Notes under the pieces: generated by a model
The model's input: only the letters and a program-made list of their open reading frames with translations
Database searches by the model: none
Told to the model about the DNA's origin: nothing
Shown: piece after piece, positions 41,048 to 54,500 of the stretch
How the letters are laid out: each line of letters starts with the position of its first letter
How positions within the stretch are numbered: the stretch's first letter is position 1
Position numbers and translations under genes: made by a program
From: Eledone cirrhosa
Lineage: Eukaryota
Reading direction: 5' to 3'
NCBI GenBank assembly: GCA_964016885.1
Contig: OZ024745.1
Span: 49,786,001-49,850,000, forward strand
DNA length: 64,000 nt

Positions 41048-41825
41048 ACATTGAACGTAATTCTGAGGGAAATTCAGCGTGACATAGTGTGTGACAAAGT
41101 TGACACTTTGAATTTCAGGTAAAGTCACTTACATGACCCGAGATTTTGGTAAATAACACTTGCCCAAGATACCATGCAGTGGGATCGAATCTGAAACCTT
41201 AAGATTGGGAAATGAACTTCTTAACCATTCACCAATGCTTCGTCTACAATCTAACCATATCTCACTAATTAAATAACCTTCTATCACAGTTAATGCTGCT
41301 TGACGTTACTAACTGTAATGATGGAATCTGGATATACTGACCACTACTACCTCTAGAGCTCAAATTTCTCGGACATTCTCCCAAAACAATATCTGCTTAG
41401 AATTGACTTCTGTCGAAAATCTCCCTGTAGAGGCATGTAATCAGAAACTAGACGGCAAATCAAATGCCAACAACACGACAGCAACAACAAAAAACAAACA
41501 AACTATCTACGCATCAGAATCATCATCACCATCACAACCACCACCATCTTCATCATTATCACCATCAGTAGTAGTAGTAGTAGTAGTTTGACAATACATT
41601 ACTTCTGTTGATTTGAGGAATGTAATCGATGTTAGTTAATTGTGTTAGATGTTGTGTGTGACAGAATAAAAGATCTGTAAGATACAGGTGGCTATCTGGT
41701 TAAGAAATTCACTTCGCAACCATGTCGTTTTACATTCCTTTCTACTGCTTGACACATTGCACAAGTGTTTTCTACTCGTCGGCGAAATTTGGTTGGTGAC
41801 GAAAATTGCGTGGAAGCGTGTAGAG

Positions 41826-43598
41826 TAGAGGTTCTCAAAGTGGATGCTACCGGTCCCAAGGGGGCGTTGAGAAGGTCTAGGGGGCGCTAGAGACGATATA
41901 ATAGTATATTCAATATCAAATGATACATATGTATAAATATAGTAAAATAAAAGATATATAATATTTATTTATACATAGTATATATATATATATTTACTAT
42001 ATATATTTATACATAGTATATATATATATATTTACTATATATATTTATACATAGTATATATATATATATTTACTATATATAAATTAACGATTATTTATTA
42101 CTAGCAGTCGTACCCGGCGTTGCACGGGACAAGGTATTTTGGAACGCGGGCCGCCAACAGACCTACTGCATGCCTCGAAAATAAACCGAATACTCTGATG
42201 GCTAGATAATCTTTAAGATTTTCCTCGATGAAGCAGGAAAAATGCAGGTTTTCACCCTAGGGGGTCAAGAATGAATTTTTTTATGTGCATAATATGCCTT
42301 GAAATTTCGGAAAAATCGGTTAGACATAACGCCTCAAAAAAGCCCTAAAGGCCATAAAAAAGTTGGATTTTCTTTGCTCACGGTATGAAGAAGAGACTGA
42401 CTAATACATAGTTACAATTTCAAGGAAATCAGTCTGACGTTATGCCTCAAAAACCCCTAAAAACCTGAAAAATTGAGTTTTTCACCTAATGCGGGCCCTA
42501 GGGGATGAAAAAGTTGAATTTGTTATGTGCATAACACTCCCTGAAACATAAGTAATACACATGTAAAGTTTGAAAAAAGTCGGTTGGGAACTTCTCAAGT
42601 TTTAGAGATTCAAACTCACACACACACACAGACAGACATCCTCAGGGAAGTGACGTAATGCAGACAGTCAGACATACAGACAGATATTATAAGGGCGCGA
42701 CGTTATATGTACGTATCTATCTAAAAAGAGAAAGACTAAGAATTATAGAGAGAGATCGCTAAATCGCCTAATGCGATCCCTAGGGCATTGAAAATTTGAA
42801 ATTTATTTTGCTCAGAACACTCCCTGAAACATAAGTATTACATGTGTAAAGTTTGAAAACAGTCGGTTGGGTGGTTCTCGAGTTTTAGGGATTCAAACTC
42901 ACTCACACACACAGACATCCTCAGTTTTATATATATAGACTAGCAGAAAACCACCCGCGGCGGTTTTCTGCTAGTCTATATATCTAAAACAGAGAATGTC
43001 TGTCTGTCTGTCAGCTCACTAAAACTTGAGAACCATCCAACCGATTGTTTTCAAACTTTAGACATGTAATACTTATGGTCCTGAGAGTGTTTTGAGCAAA
43101 AATTATTTCAAATTTTCAATGCCCTAGGGACCGCATTAGGCGATTTAGCGTTCTCTCTATATAATTCTTAGTCTTTCTTTTTAGATAGATACATAGATAT
43201 AACGTTGCGCCCTTATAATATCTGTCTGTATGTCTGACTGCCTGCATTACGTCATTCTGACGCGCTCAGCGCGATTCCCTCGGCCTCAGTGACCAAAGTC
43301 AGTGGAGAGGGGAAGGTAATGTTTCTGTAGCACGTGTTTTAGCGTCTAATCATCTCTCTCTCTCCCTCTCTCCCTCCCGCTATCCCCCTCTCGTAGTCTG
43401 TCTCTTTCTTTCACTCTCACTCTCTCTCTACGCACGTGTTTCCACTGTCGGACAGACAGACAGAGAAATTGCTGGTTATATATATAAGTAGATGTATTAT
43501 TTACAATTTGCGTGTAAGCAGGTGAAATAGAGGTGGGAGGCTGAGGGTATTACATAGCTGTGAGGGGGCGGTGGCCCCAAAAGGTTTGAGAACCTCTT
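41826..43598 (+). mobile_element. hAT (Charlie/Buster-like) MITE interrupted by a Helitron block
   Basis: TIRs AGAGGTTCTCAAA / TTTGAGAACCTCT; 8-bp TSD GTGTAGAG / CTGTAGAG. Confidence 0.8.
42101..43492 (-). mobile_element. Composite non-autonomous Helitron block with internal fold-back
   Basis: 3' hairpin plus CTAG at 42101; TC 5' ends at 42939 (-), 42975 (+) and 43492 (-); inserted at A^T; inverted arms 42651-42952 / 42962-43254. Confidence 0.8.
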
Positions 43599-43781
43599 CT
43601 GTAGAGTATCTATCTACCCTCTCTCTCACTCTCTGCCCACTTTTCCACTTCTTTCCGTCTCTAGCGGCTTATATCCCCAACTTAGACTATTTTTCATAGT
43701 TAAAAACATGCGTTGAGGCTTTTAACTTAAATTAAATTCAATAAAAATGCAAACGCACTTAACGGTTCTAAAAATAGATCG

Positions 43782-43840
<59 letters not shown>

Positions 43841-43849
43841 CGGCGATGA

Positions 43850-46506
43850 ATTAGTTTTGCGAGGTTTTTTATATGAAATCGTGTGTCGAAACAAATATTG
43901 TTATACTTGGGGAGGGTCATATTTGTGTAATATTGCCAGAATTAATAACAGAACACACTCACTGTTTGGTTGGTTTTCGCTTCTCGCTGTCTTTTATATC
44001 GGTAATCTAACTTACTCGGTCCTCAATGTTGCCATTGACTGACCGACGGTCAAAAATAATACAGATACAATATAGACACAAACACATATATATAGTTTAT
44101 CATAAATCTTTCGTTGCACATCTGTAACATCGTCAGTGGTGTTATATTTTCCTCCTGTTGTGTTGTATGTCTACGCCATTTTTATTCAGTCTGTCTATAT
44201 ATTTATTTATTTATTTGCTTGTTTGTTTATTTTATTTTGTCTTCTTTGCGCATGCGTTTGCGTGTGTGTATAGTGTTTTGTTTGCTGTGTGATGGGTGAC
44301 TAGTGTGTGTTTATGTGCTTGTTGTTATTGTGCTTGTGTATGTATTTATTTATTTATTTATTTTATTTTATTTACTTATTTATACTTCTCTTAGGTCAGT
44401 GTTGTTTGTTTGGGTGTTGTTGTTATTCCATTCATTCTTTCTGTTTAGCCTTGGTCTTCTAATTTCTATTTCACCGGCCTCTCTGATTTGCCTATCTGCT
44501 GGGTCATTTCTATGTTTAGATATTATTCTAATTTCTATGTTGTCTATGTTACCGTCATGTTGTTGTCTAGCATGTTCGTATAGTACTGACCCGTTTTTTT
44601 TTTCGTTTTTTTTTTTCGTCCTTTTAGTTCCCCCCAGTGTTGGTCTATCCTTTCACCTATGCTACGAGCTGTCTCACCTATGTATGTTGTTGTCATGTTT
44701 CTGCAAGTACCCTCTGTACATCTTATGCTATAGACTACGTTTCTAGTTTTACAGTTTATCCGGCGGTTCACCTTACATATGATACATTTCCTATTGGTAC
44801 AGTGGGTTTTCTTAAAAGGGTAGGTTTTGCTGATCAGGGATTTTATGGTGGTTCCTGGCTTTTCTACCACCTTTATTTTTAAGTGGGTCTTTCTCAGGGC
44901 CTTTCTACACTGGTTAGCTAATTTCCCTCCAGGGGTGGCGTCCACAAACATGACACTCTAGTATCTCTGGTCGTACCATGAGGTGGCTTTCCCTATCTTA
45001 TGTCTAGCCCTATCTAAGCTATTCCATGATTTGCTCCTGTATAATGGGAAAATTCCTTTCATGTCCAGTTCTATGAGGGTCTTATACTTTTCCATGGCTC
45101 TTTCGTATACTCTGACTCTGTCTATTTGGTTGTAGCCAGAGAACTGCATGCCGTTGATGAAGTGTTGGATGTGTCTTTCCATTTCTGTTGGGTCGCACAT
45201 GCGGGACACATTCTTCATCACTCGTACCAAATCTGCGATCAGAATATTAAACTTAGCACTACTGGACATTGCTGAGTTTTTGAGTATCAGGTATTTGGAG
45301 GCCATGGGTTTAGCATAGTGTGAGTGGAGAATTTGGGCGCTCTCGTCTATAGTGTTAATCCAGAGTTCTGTGTCTAATACAGGTAGTCTATTGTTAGGGT
45401 GTTTGGAAGGGAAGTCGATAGTTACAGTTATACTCTGGTGTATGGAATTAGCTATCTGCTGGATGCTTTCCATCGTGCTACGTTCTAAATCAAACTTGTT
45501 AGTGCTCTCTAGTGGGGGTGTTCTTATAACTATATTGATATCGTCTACATAACGAGAGTACATGATGAGGTCTATGGAGCTCTCATTAAGGAGATCTTTA
45601 AGTCTCCTTTCCCACCATACCATGAAAAGGTTGGCAACATCACCAGCTATGCTGACGCCGATGGCTGCTCCCTCATTTTGGGTGTAGATCTTCTCGTTGA
45701 ACTTAAATATGTGGCCCTTTAGGGTAGCTTTGATACTAGCCCCTATTGCATGTGCGACCATTTTTCTTACCTGATCATTGTTTTGGGGGGGTCCGTATAG
45801 CTTTGGTCCACCCAATCCACCTTCCCATGGGAGTCTTTTTGCCATTGAGGTTATGGTGGGGGGTCTACTTCTTATAGGTCTACTAGGGCAGAAACATCTA
45901 AGGTCATGGCTGTCTAGGTAGTCAGTGTCGTAGGTAAGTCTAAGTAGGAGGCCCAGTTCGTCTGTGTCGACGTCGCAGAACTCCACCTCACTCTCAATGA
46001 TCATCTCCACACATCTTTTCACAGCAAAATCAATGTTAATGGATGGGTACAGTGACACCACATCCATGCTGCCTATTATGCAGTTGGATAGGCTCCTGTT
46101 TTTGTTGCACTCACTGATTCTGCTGAGGAGGTCCTCTGTACTGTCACATACATCTGGGGACATCTTGATTATGGGGCGTATAACCATTGAGAGGAAGTAG
46201 GAGATCCTGTAGTTGCTAGCTATATTAGCTCCGCATACGGGTCTTGTTGGTGGTCCTGTAGTCGGGTCGTCGACGATGTTGCAGATGTGCAACGAAAGAT
46301 TTATGATAAACTATATATATGTGTTTGTGTCTATATTGTATCTGTATTATTTTTGACCGTCGGTCAGTCAATGGCAACATTGAGGACCGAGTAAGTTAGA
46401 TTACCGATATAAAAGACAGCGAGAAGCGAAAACCAACCAAACAGTGAGTGTGTTCTGTTATTAATTCTGGCAATATTACACAAATATGACCCTCCCCAAG
46501 TATAAC
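43850..46506 (-). mobile_element. Naiad-like Penelope element, 5'-truncated, with an inverted partial pLTR (46272-46506) at its 5' end
   Basis: RT ORF 44958-46292, GIY-YIG 44544-44951 (frameshifted), hammerhead motif at 44099-44143, (TA)n on both flanks. Confidence 0.9.
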
Positions 46507-46520
46507 TATATATATATAAA

Positions 46521-46617
<97 letters not shown>

Positions 46618-47683
46618 AACCTGCCAACCTTTGAAAACCCAAACGGGGAGTACCATGAAAAAAAGTGCCCCAAAACGGGGAGAAATGAGGCAAAATGGGG
46701 CGATTTTACATAATGAAAGCTATACCCATTTTCACAAGAGAAGATAACTCTCACTCAATCCAAAGTGAGTGGGAGACGACCCGACAACAGGACCACAAAC
46801 AAGACCATTATTTGCAGCATAGAGTTACGGCTCTTTACGGTCTGAATTAAAATCCCGCCGAGGTTAACTTTGCCTTTCATCTTTACGGGGTCGATAAAAT
46901 AAGGTACCAGTAATGCACTGGGTAATTGCTGGCCTTGTGCCAAAAGTAGAGACAATTATTATTATTATTTACCTACTTTTTTTTTTTTAATAAATAAAGA
47001 AACCATTATTATTTGCCGACTTATTTCTGGGAGGGTCGTTGGGGTAGAATCCTCAAGCAGGCTTTCCAGCGGGTCTTGTCAGAGATAGTTATTATTTTTT
47101 TCTCGGCTCTAAACATGTTCTGATTTCAAATTCTGCTGGGGATAGCTTTGCCTTTCATCCTTCCCCTGTTTATAAAATAATCTACTAGTGAAGTAATGGA
47201 GTTGACATAATCACCTTTCCCTTTCGCAACAAATTGCTGGCCTTGTGTCGTAATGAGAAGCCAGTGTCGGACGCCTATTTTGCTTATAACATCAGTAACA
47301 GCAAGTATACTAGACATTATAGAACTATCTGAAATATGCCATGTAAAGTAAAACTCCTAGATATATCCCTTTTCATATGGATAATATTGAAAGAGAGTTG
47401 CTTTAGTAAGCCCAGTATTAACTATAAGACGTAGTTATGTCATAAAGGGTAAAAGACCCTTAAACCCTAATGTAGTCATAAGGGCATCGTCATGGCACAC
47501 GATGCGTCATTTTAAACGTGGTGGAGTCAATCCTTCTCCGGTTCTGAACACAGCCGATTTCACTCAGAGAGAAAGAGAGAGATAGTTATAAAAAGAAAGA
47601 AACAAACATAGTATTTTATTTATTGACCTCGAAAGGATGGATGGCAAAATTGACACCAGCGGGATTTGAACGTAGAACCCATC

Positions 47684-47730
<47 letters not shown>

Positions 47731-48144
47731 ATTTTACCCGCCCTAGATATATATTACTATGCTTAAACCTGTGAGTCATCAACCAGCCAAATTACATTAC
47801 ATTTTAAAGAAATAGCAATATGAGCCACGTTTTCGTATAAAACAGAAAGAATTTTCGAACTCCAATTAAATGCGAGACAAACCACAACAGAAACACCAAC
47901 CCACCATCTCAATTTTACTTTTGAAAATCATAAGAACTGTGAAACCAGTAAAGTAAATAAATATTCTAAAAGTCTCCAGTTGCAATTTCAATTTCTTTTC
48001 CTTATATTTTTACCCGTGCGGGACATTTCCAAAAACCTTACTTTCTTATATATGTATGGAATTTACATAGCCCACATACTACATGGAAAATTTAATAATC
48101 TACAGGGGGGGGGGGTGCAATTGAAGAATTTTTGTACCCGAGAG

Positions 48145-48994
48145 ATGCCCATTGAAGAATAAATGCCTGGAGTCCAACATTGTTTATCAACGCACTGTCG
48201 AATCAAACGACCAGAAATGGTATTACGTCGGGTCTACCACTACCTCCTTTAGATCACGCTGGTATCGTCATCGATTTCGATTAAACATCTTGAACACCGT
48301 TATGTAACTACACTCGCTAATAAGACCTGGCAACTCCGTGAATACAACCAGAAGTTCACCTTAAAATGGGATAAATTATCCAACGCTAGTGCATATCGGA
48401 GTGGATTAAAATACTGCAGATTATGCAACGAACTCTTTTTATGTCTTGAAATCTAAAAGCAATATACTAAATGACAGAATCGAACGATCGTTATACTGCA
48501 ACCACAAACTGAAGGTTAAATTTTCTCACTATAAAAGTAACTTAACATAATTTGAACCCGAGACTACTACACCACTTTCTCGCTAACTAATTTCACTCAA
48601 TACTTACTTCTTAACTATACCCCCCCCCTCTCCCTCCACACACACTACTAGCCAGTACCTTGCTTATCGTAATAAATGGATAATTAAGTACGACCAGCAA
48701 ACTACAACTATCAACTCGGTGTATATCGCCTTTCCTTCCCCTTCTCTTAACTTGTTTATACCCCCCCCCCTCTCTCGTCCTCTGTCTATCTCCCTCCTTC
48801 TCCACATCTATTAACCTGTTCTCTGAGGCAATAAATAATTCCAAACTTGACAATATCAACACAATGCCTAAGCTGTCACGTTGAGAGTAAGCAGTATAAT
48901 AAAACCACTTCTTAGACCCCTATCACAACATTTAGATTAAGCTATCTGTATTCTTCAAACCATTCTCTCCCATTTCTCCTACCCTACATATCTC

Positions 48995-49031
<37 letters not shown>

Positions 49032-49260
49032 TCCTTTTCTACTCTATCTTCCCCAATTACTCCCCTTAAGAAATACAAGGAAATTACAATCTAGCCATTC
49101 GCTCTGAAGAATTGGTGATACGAACAACATTTGAAAATTGAGTATCTGCAAATAAATAACTACCAATTTGCATATAGCATGACTAGACTGTGTAACTACT
49201 AAAGAAACATTTGTAAACACTCGGAATAAATTACCTTTTTATGATGTCTACCTATTTTAT
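48145..49260 (+). pseudogene. Penelope GIY-YIG remnant and 3' UTR
   Basis: CPLKNKCLESNIVYQ...YYVGSTTTSFRSRWYRH, similar to the 20.9-kb endonuclease. Confidence 0.7.
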
Positions 49261-49268
49261 TAATCATT

Positions 49269-49334
<66 letters not shown>

Positions 49335-49722
49335 TTACTCTTCTTAAGTCAGATGGTTCATTTGGCCGGTGCTAATCCCGGTTTCATGGCGTGAAGTTTG
49401 TTTATTTCTTTCTTTTTATTTGTTACACTTTTTTTTAAAGATATTTTTTGAAAGCAAAGCATTGATTGGCCCCTAAAATACTACAGTGAGCCTCTGCAAT
49501 GCTACCGTGGGCCCACTTGCCATTGGGCAACCTAGCCAGTCTGTGACTGCACTTGCACACACACACACACACACTAATATTTGAGGTTATACTGAGTTAG
49601 TTCACTATTTTGATTGGTAAGATAAGTTAAACTCAATGCCTCTTTTACCCCTCTTTCTTTAGAAGTGAATAATTATAGTAGCAGAGCAATTATAATTCAA
49701 AATTCAGTGAGACCAATAATTA

Positions 49723-51455
49723 CACCGTGTAACAAAAACATTTTTTTTCACTGTTCCTGGCTTGTAATCACTTTTTTGTGTTGCTTAGGTCCCAAATAAA
49801 TATAAAAAAAGTGCTATTAAACAGTTAAAAGTTTTGGTTTGTAAAAATTCTAAGCTATTCACTAGAATTATTTGTATGCTGGATTTTACGTTGTATGTAA
49901 CTTTAATTTGCTTATGTTAAATGATTTTTTTTATATATGTTTCAGGTTAAATTAAAATTATAAAATAAAGAGTAATACCTAAAGAAAATTATAAAAGTGC
50001 AATAAAGTATAAAATTGTTAAAAAGTGGATTTAAGAGATTTATTGATACTGGATTTTCGCACCCTGAATAAAGGGTAAGTTGTGTTTTAAGCATTCGTCT
50101 CCAAGATGAAGCAGTGGAACTTGGTCAAGGAGGAAGTGCAGGTGACAAGTCAGAGAAGTCGACACGAACCTTTTTCTCAGGCTTTTACACTCTTAGGGAT
50201 TGCTTCTGCCATGACGTGCCTGGACTGTTTGACGTTATTGGGTGCCGTTTGTGCCCAAGGAGTGGCGGCTATTTATAGACAGCTCCACCACAAGTTTGAA
50301 GGCTGTCCCCCTCCACAATGAAAACAAGCTCCCGATACTGCCCCTAACTCATTCAGTCTGCCTGAAAGAAGATTACTACAGTGTGAAAGTCCTCTTGGAA
50401 GCTCTGCAATACAACCAGTACAATTGGGAAATCATTGGAGACTTCAAGATGGTGACTTTCCTGCTTGGACTCCAAGGAGGCTTTATCAAATTCCAATGCT
50501 TCCTCTGCCTTTGGGACAGCAGAGCCACCTCTGACCACTACAAAAGAAAGAACTGGGAGCAGCGAACAGAATTTGTAGTTGGGACCCGGAACGTCATGTG
50601 GGAGCCACTGGTTGATCCCAGGATTGTGCTCATGCCGCCACTGCACATTAAGTTGGGGTTGATGAAGCAGTTTGTGAAGGCTCTCGACCAAGAATCAGTC
50701 GCTTTTAAGTACCGTCTTGAGTTCTTCCCCAAGTTATCTGAGGCCAAAATCAAAGGTGGAATTTTTGTTGGACCTCAGATAAAGAAGGTGTTTGAGTCTA
50801 CCGAGTTCGCCAATAAGCTCAATAGGATTGAGAGAACAGCATGGAACTGTTTCAAGGCAGTTGTTAAGGGCTTCCTGGGCAACTACAGAGCTGAAAACTA
50901 CCAGCAACTGGTGCAGGATCTGATAAAGGCTTTTGGCACCATGGGATGCAGGATGTCGCTTAAACTCCATATGCTGGACGCTCACCTGGAAAAATCCAAG
51001 GACAATATGGACGCCTACTCAGAAGAACAAGGCGAATGATTCCACCAAGATGTGAAAGAATAGAGCGGAGGTACCAGGGCCACTACAATGAAAAAATGAT
51101 GGGGGACTATATCTGGGGGATAGTGCGGGAATGCGACCTGGACTACAACCGCAAATCCAGGAAATCCAGTCATTTCTGACGTGTATAAGTTGCTTTATAA
51201 GTGTTATTTGTTTTTACTTGTTTGCTTTTGATAAGCTTGTGTAATAAAATAAATATATACTCTGTTGATTTAATTATATGAACTGATAAATTTTAAAAAA
51301 ATGTGTTTTTTCTTGAAAAATATGAAAATTTCGAAATATCAAACTCCTGACCCAAACTTCTGATTAAATAATAGTGTTTTTTTTAATAATAATGGGATAT
51401 AACAAACCATGAAATGACACTTAGGACCGGGGAACAAAAAATATGTTACACGGTG
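49723..51455 (+). mobile_element. Chapaev3 DNA transposon (deleted and disabled)
   Basis: TIR CACCGTGTAACA at both ends, 3-bp TSD TTA. ORF 50242-51039 with WRLFIDSS, GDFKMV, CFLCLWDSRA, PPLHIKLGLMKQFVKAL and SEEQGE*FHQD. Confidence 0.88.
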
Positions 51456-51531
51456 TTATTGTTGTTTATTTACACATTTACGAACGTTTCAATGCAGCCA
51501 ATATATATATATAAATATTTAAATATATATA

Positions 51532-54500
51532 CTAGCAGAAGTACACGGCATTGCCCGGGTTGAAAAATACGTTTTCTAGGATATATTTGAAACTTCTAAT
51601 ATAGCTGTTTCTTGTATGTAACATATATTGTAGTTGCAATATAATTTCATACTTTGTTTCTTTATTCCTTTCATATCTTGTCTGTGTTTGGGATTTCATA
51701 TAACTGATGAAATACAGTTGTAAATATTTTGTTTCTTCTTCTAAAAGTGGCTGAAGTGGTCAAATTCTGTGGTACACTTGCCCTTGAATCTTGAAAGTAG
51801 GCATGAAACCACCTTCACGGATGACATATACACCAAATGGTGACATTTGGAATGCATTGTACTTTTGAATATTTTGAAGAAAGTGCCTTGATTCAGTAGT
51901 TGTACCTACCTATCAGCAGTCCTCTCAAGGATTTTGGTGGGTTAGGTAATAGTTTAAACTTAATCTTTCCATTTAAACAGCACTATTCAATTGACTCACC
52001 ATTTCATTTTTAGCTCCATAATTTGAACCAAACATTGCCGTTTTGAACCAAAAAAAAAACCCTATAAAACCTCACGGTATACAATATTCTTTGTTTCTCC
52101 GTTTGGAGCAAAAGCAAAGAGGTTGCTCCGGCTGCCAACTCGAGAACATCCAACGTAGAATTGTCCATGTGAAAAACATGGCTCCTCCAGGTGAAGTCCT
52201 GCTACAGATAAAGTCTGACCCTGGGACTTGTTGATGGACATAGCAAAGGCAGCACGAAGGGGAAATTGTGTTCTTTTAAAAGAATAGGGTGCATCCACTC
52301 CTGATGTAGTAAGCGTTACTATAGGTATTAAAACATCTCCTTTTCCACATCCCGACATAATCGTAGCATAAATAATGTGCTGTGACATCCTATTGACAAC
52401 AAGGCGTGTACCATTGCAAAGCTTGGGAGGGGTTATATTCCTGAGAAGTATAACTGGACATCCTTCCTTGAGAGACAAAATATGTTGAGGTAGACCGGGA
52501 ATATCCAATGAATTGAGGAATTCAATGGGATAATTGACCGCATCATGTGCATCAACATTGGTATTAATAGACTTAAAAGACTTATCATTTCCAGGAAGAC
52601 TTTCAAGCATTTGGCGATTAATGGCGGAGACAGTGACATTTGTAGGAGCTAATATAACCATCTCACACAGCCATGTACGATTGCGGTAATTATCTGCCAA
52701 GTTGGGAAAAACGGCTGCCTTGAGATCTTCGACAGTGTTAAACAGACAGCATATATTGTCGAGTGCAATGTCTCCATGCACATCTGAAAGTACTTTGCCG
52801 TCGCCAAGAATGAGAAGGTCTTCAGCAAATTTTTCTGACACAGTATCGCCATGCAGTTGAACACGCATGTTAGTGGTCAGACGAAGTGTTGTTACCTGTT
52901 GCCACAATGGAGAAGACTTCAGGCAGGCCCGAACTTGATCCGCTCTGGTGCCCTTTGTAATAACCGGCAAAGTTTGTCGAAAGTCCCCTGAAAGCAAAAG
53001 AGTTACACCCCCCATGGTCTCCTGACGGTCTCTAATGTCTTTCAGTGTTCTATCTAAGGCTTCAATAGTTCCTTTGTGAGCCATGGTGTATTCATCCCAC
53101 ACAATCAATTGGCACCGTCGTAGCAGTTCTGCTCTTGGACTATCCTTGGTGATGTCACAGAGAGGTGTTTCAGCTGATACCAAGTTAACCGGAAGCTTAA
53201 AGGTAGAGTGTGCTGTCCTGCCGCCAGGAAGTAGTGTTGCTGCAATACCGGATGATGCAATGGCTATTGCAATAACTTCATTCTGTCTAACTTTGGCAAG
53301 AAGAAGTTTAGTAACAAAGGTTTTTCCAGTGCCTCCAGGGGCATCAAGAAAGAAGATACCACTCCATCGATGAAATACATAGTCGGTGATAGCGTTGTAT
53401 GCAAATTGCTGATCAGGAAGTAGTTTTGGTTCCATTTCAAACACATATCTAGCTAGAGTGTCGACATCATAAGATGTTTCTTGGATGATGACAGTTGCAA
53501 TTTTATTAGAATCAGTACGGTGGGTTTGTGGCAGACCGTATGCTGGCAAGGCATTCCCACCCATAAGGAAAATCCTGTCCTCTATGTCTATAAGCCCTTT
53601 ATTGTATAAATCATCAATGAAATCTACTTCTATGTCAGGAAGTACTAGTTGAGCCTGGTGTAGGAAGTCCTCAGACAGTTGGTTCCGAAACTTCAACCAT
53701 AATGTGTAGGGATCACAAATGTCACATAAGTGAAGAAGCTTTGCAAAGAGCTCTCGTAGGCTTCCAAGTGAGTGTGATGAAGCGATCTCCGCCAAGGTTG
53801 CATCCCATCGTGTGTCATCTTCAAGCATTCCACGAACTAAACAGGCATCTCTGTATGTAGACCAAACACGATTACCGTAAGTTCTGAGGTCCTTTGACTT
53901 CATGCAGTAGCATTCGAAGATAGAAGCACTCGTGTTGATTTGGAGGAATCGTATACACTCGCCCCAAGCAATTAGTGAATTTGATCCCGGGAACTCCAAT
54001 AACTGGTTGGCCAGTCTTTCTGCGACTCCATGTTTTTTTATTCCATGTGTAGTATGATGACACCTGAGGATACAGCAATGATTTTACGAAGTCATCGTAT
54101 TCGCACAGTTTGAAAAATCCAGTTAAAGTTGTCTCCCTTGGGGGTCTGTGCCAATTCAGCAGCATTTTTGTTGGTATAGTTCATCCGTTGACCGTGTTCT
54201 AGGTGTACATCTAATTTTACAATTGAAGGGTGCCTATTATGTATTGGAAAACCGAAGATTCGCCAAAAGGCCTCGCTACTACTTACGTAGCGCCCTACTT
54301 GGAATTGCGTTACTTCGTCTCTATTGTTTTCGTTGAGTATACCGAACGAAGCAGCGTCAGAACCCTTATTAACATACTTACATATGTATTTGATGCACTT
54401 GACGGAGCTGCAGAATTCAACATTAATGTGTGCGTTGAAAGTACTGAGCAGGAGTGAGCAATAGGGAATGATCCATCGGTTGTCAACCTCGCCATTCTTA

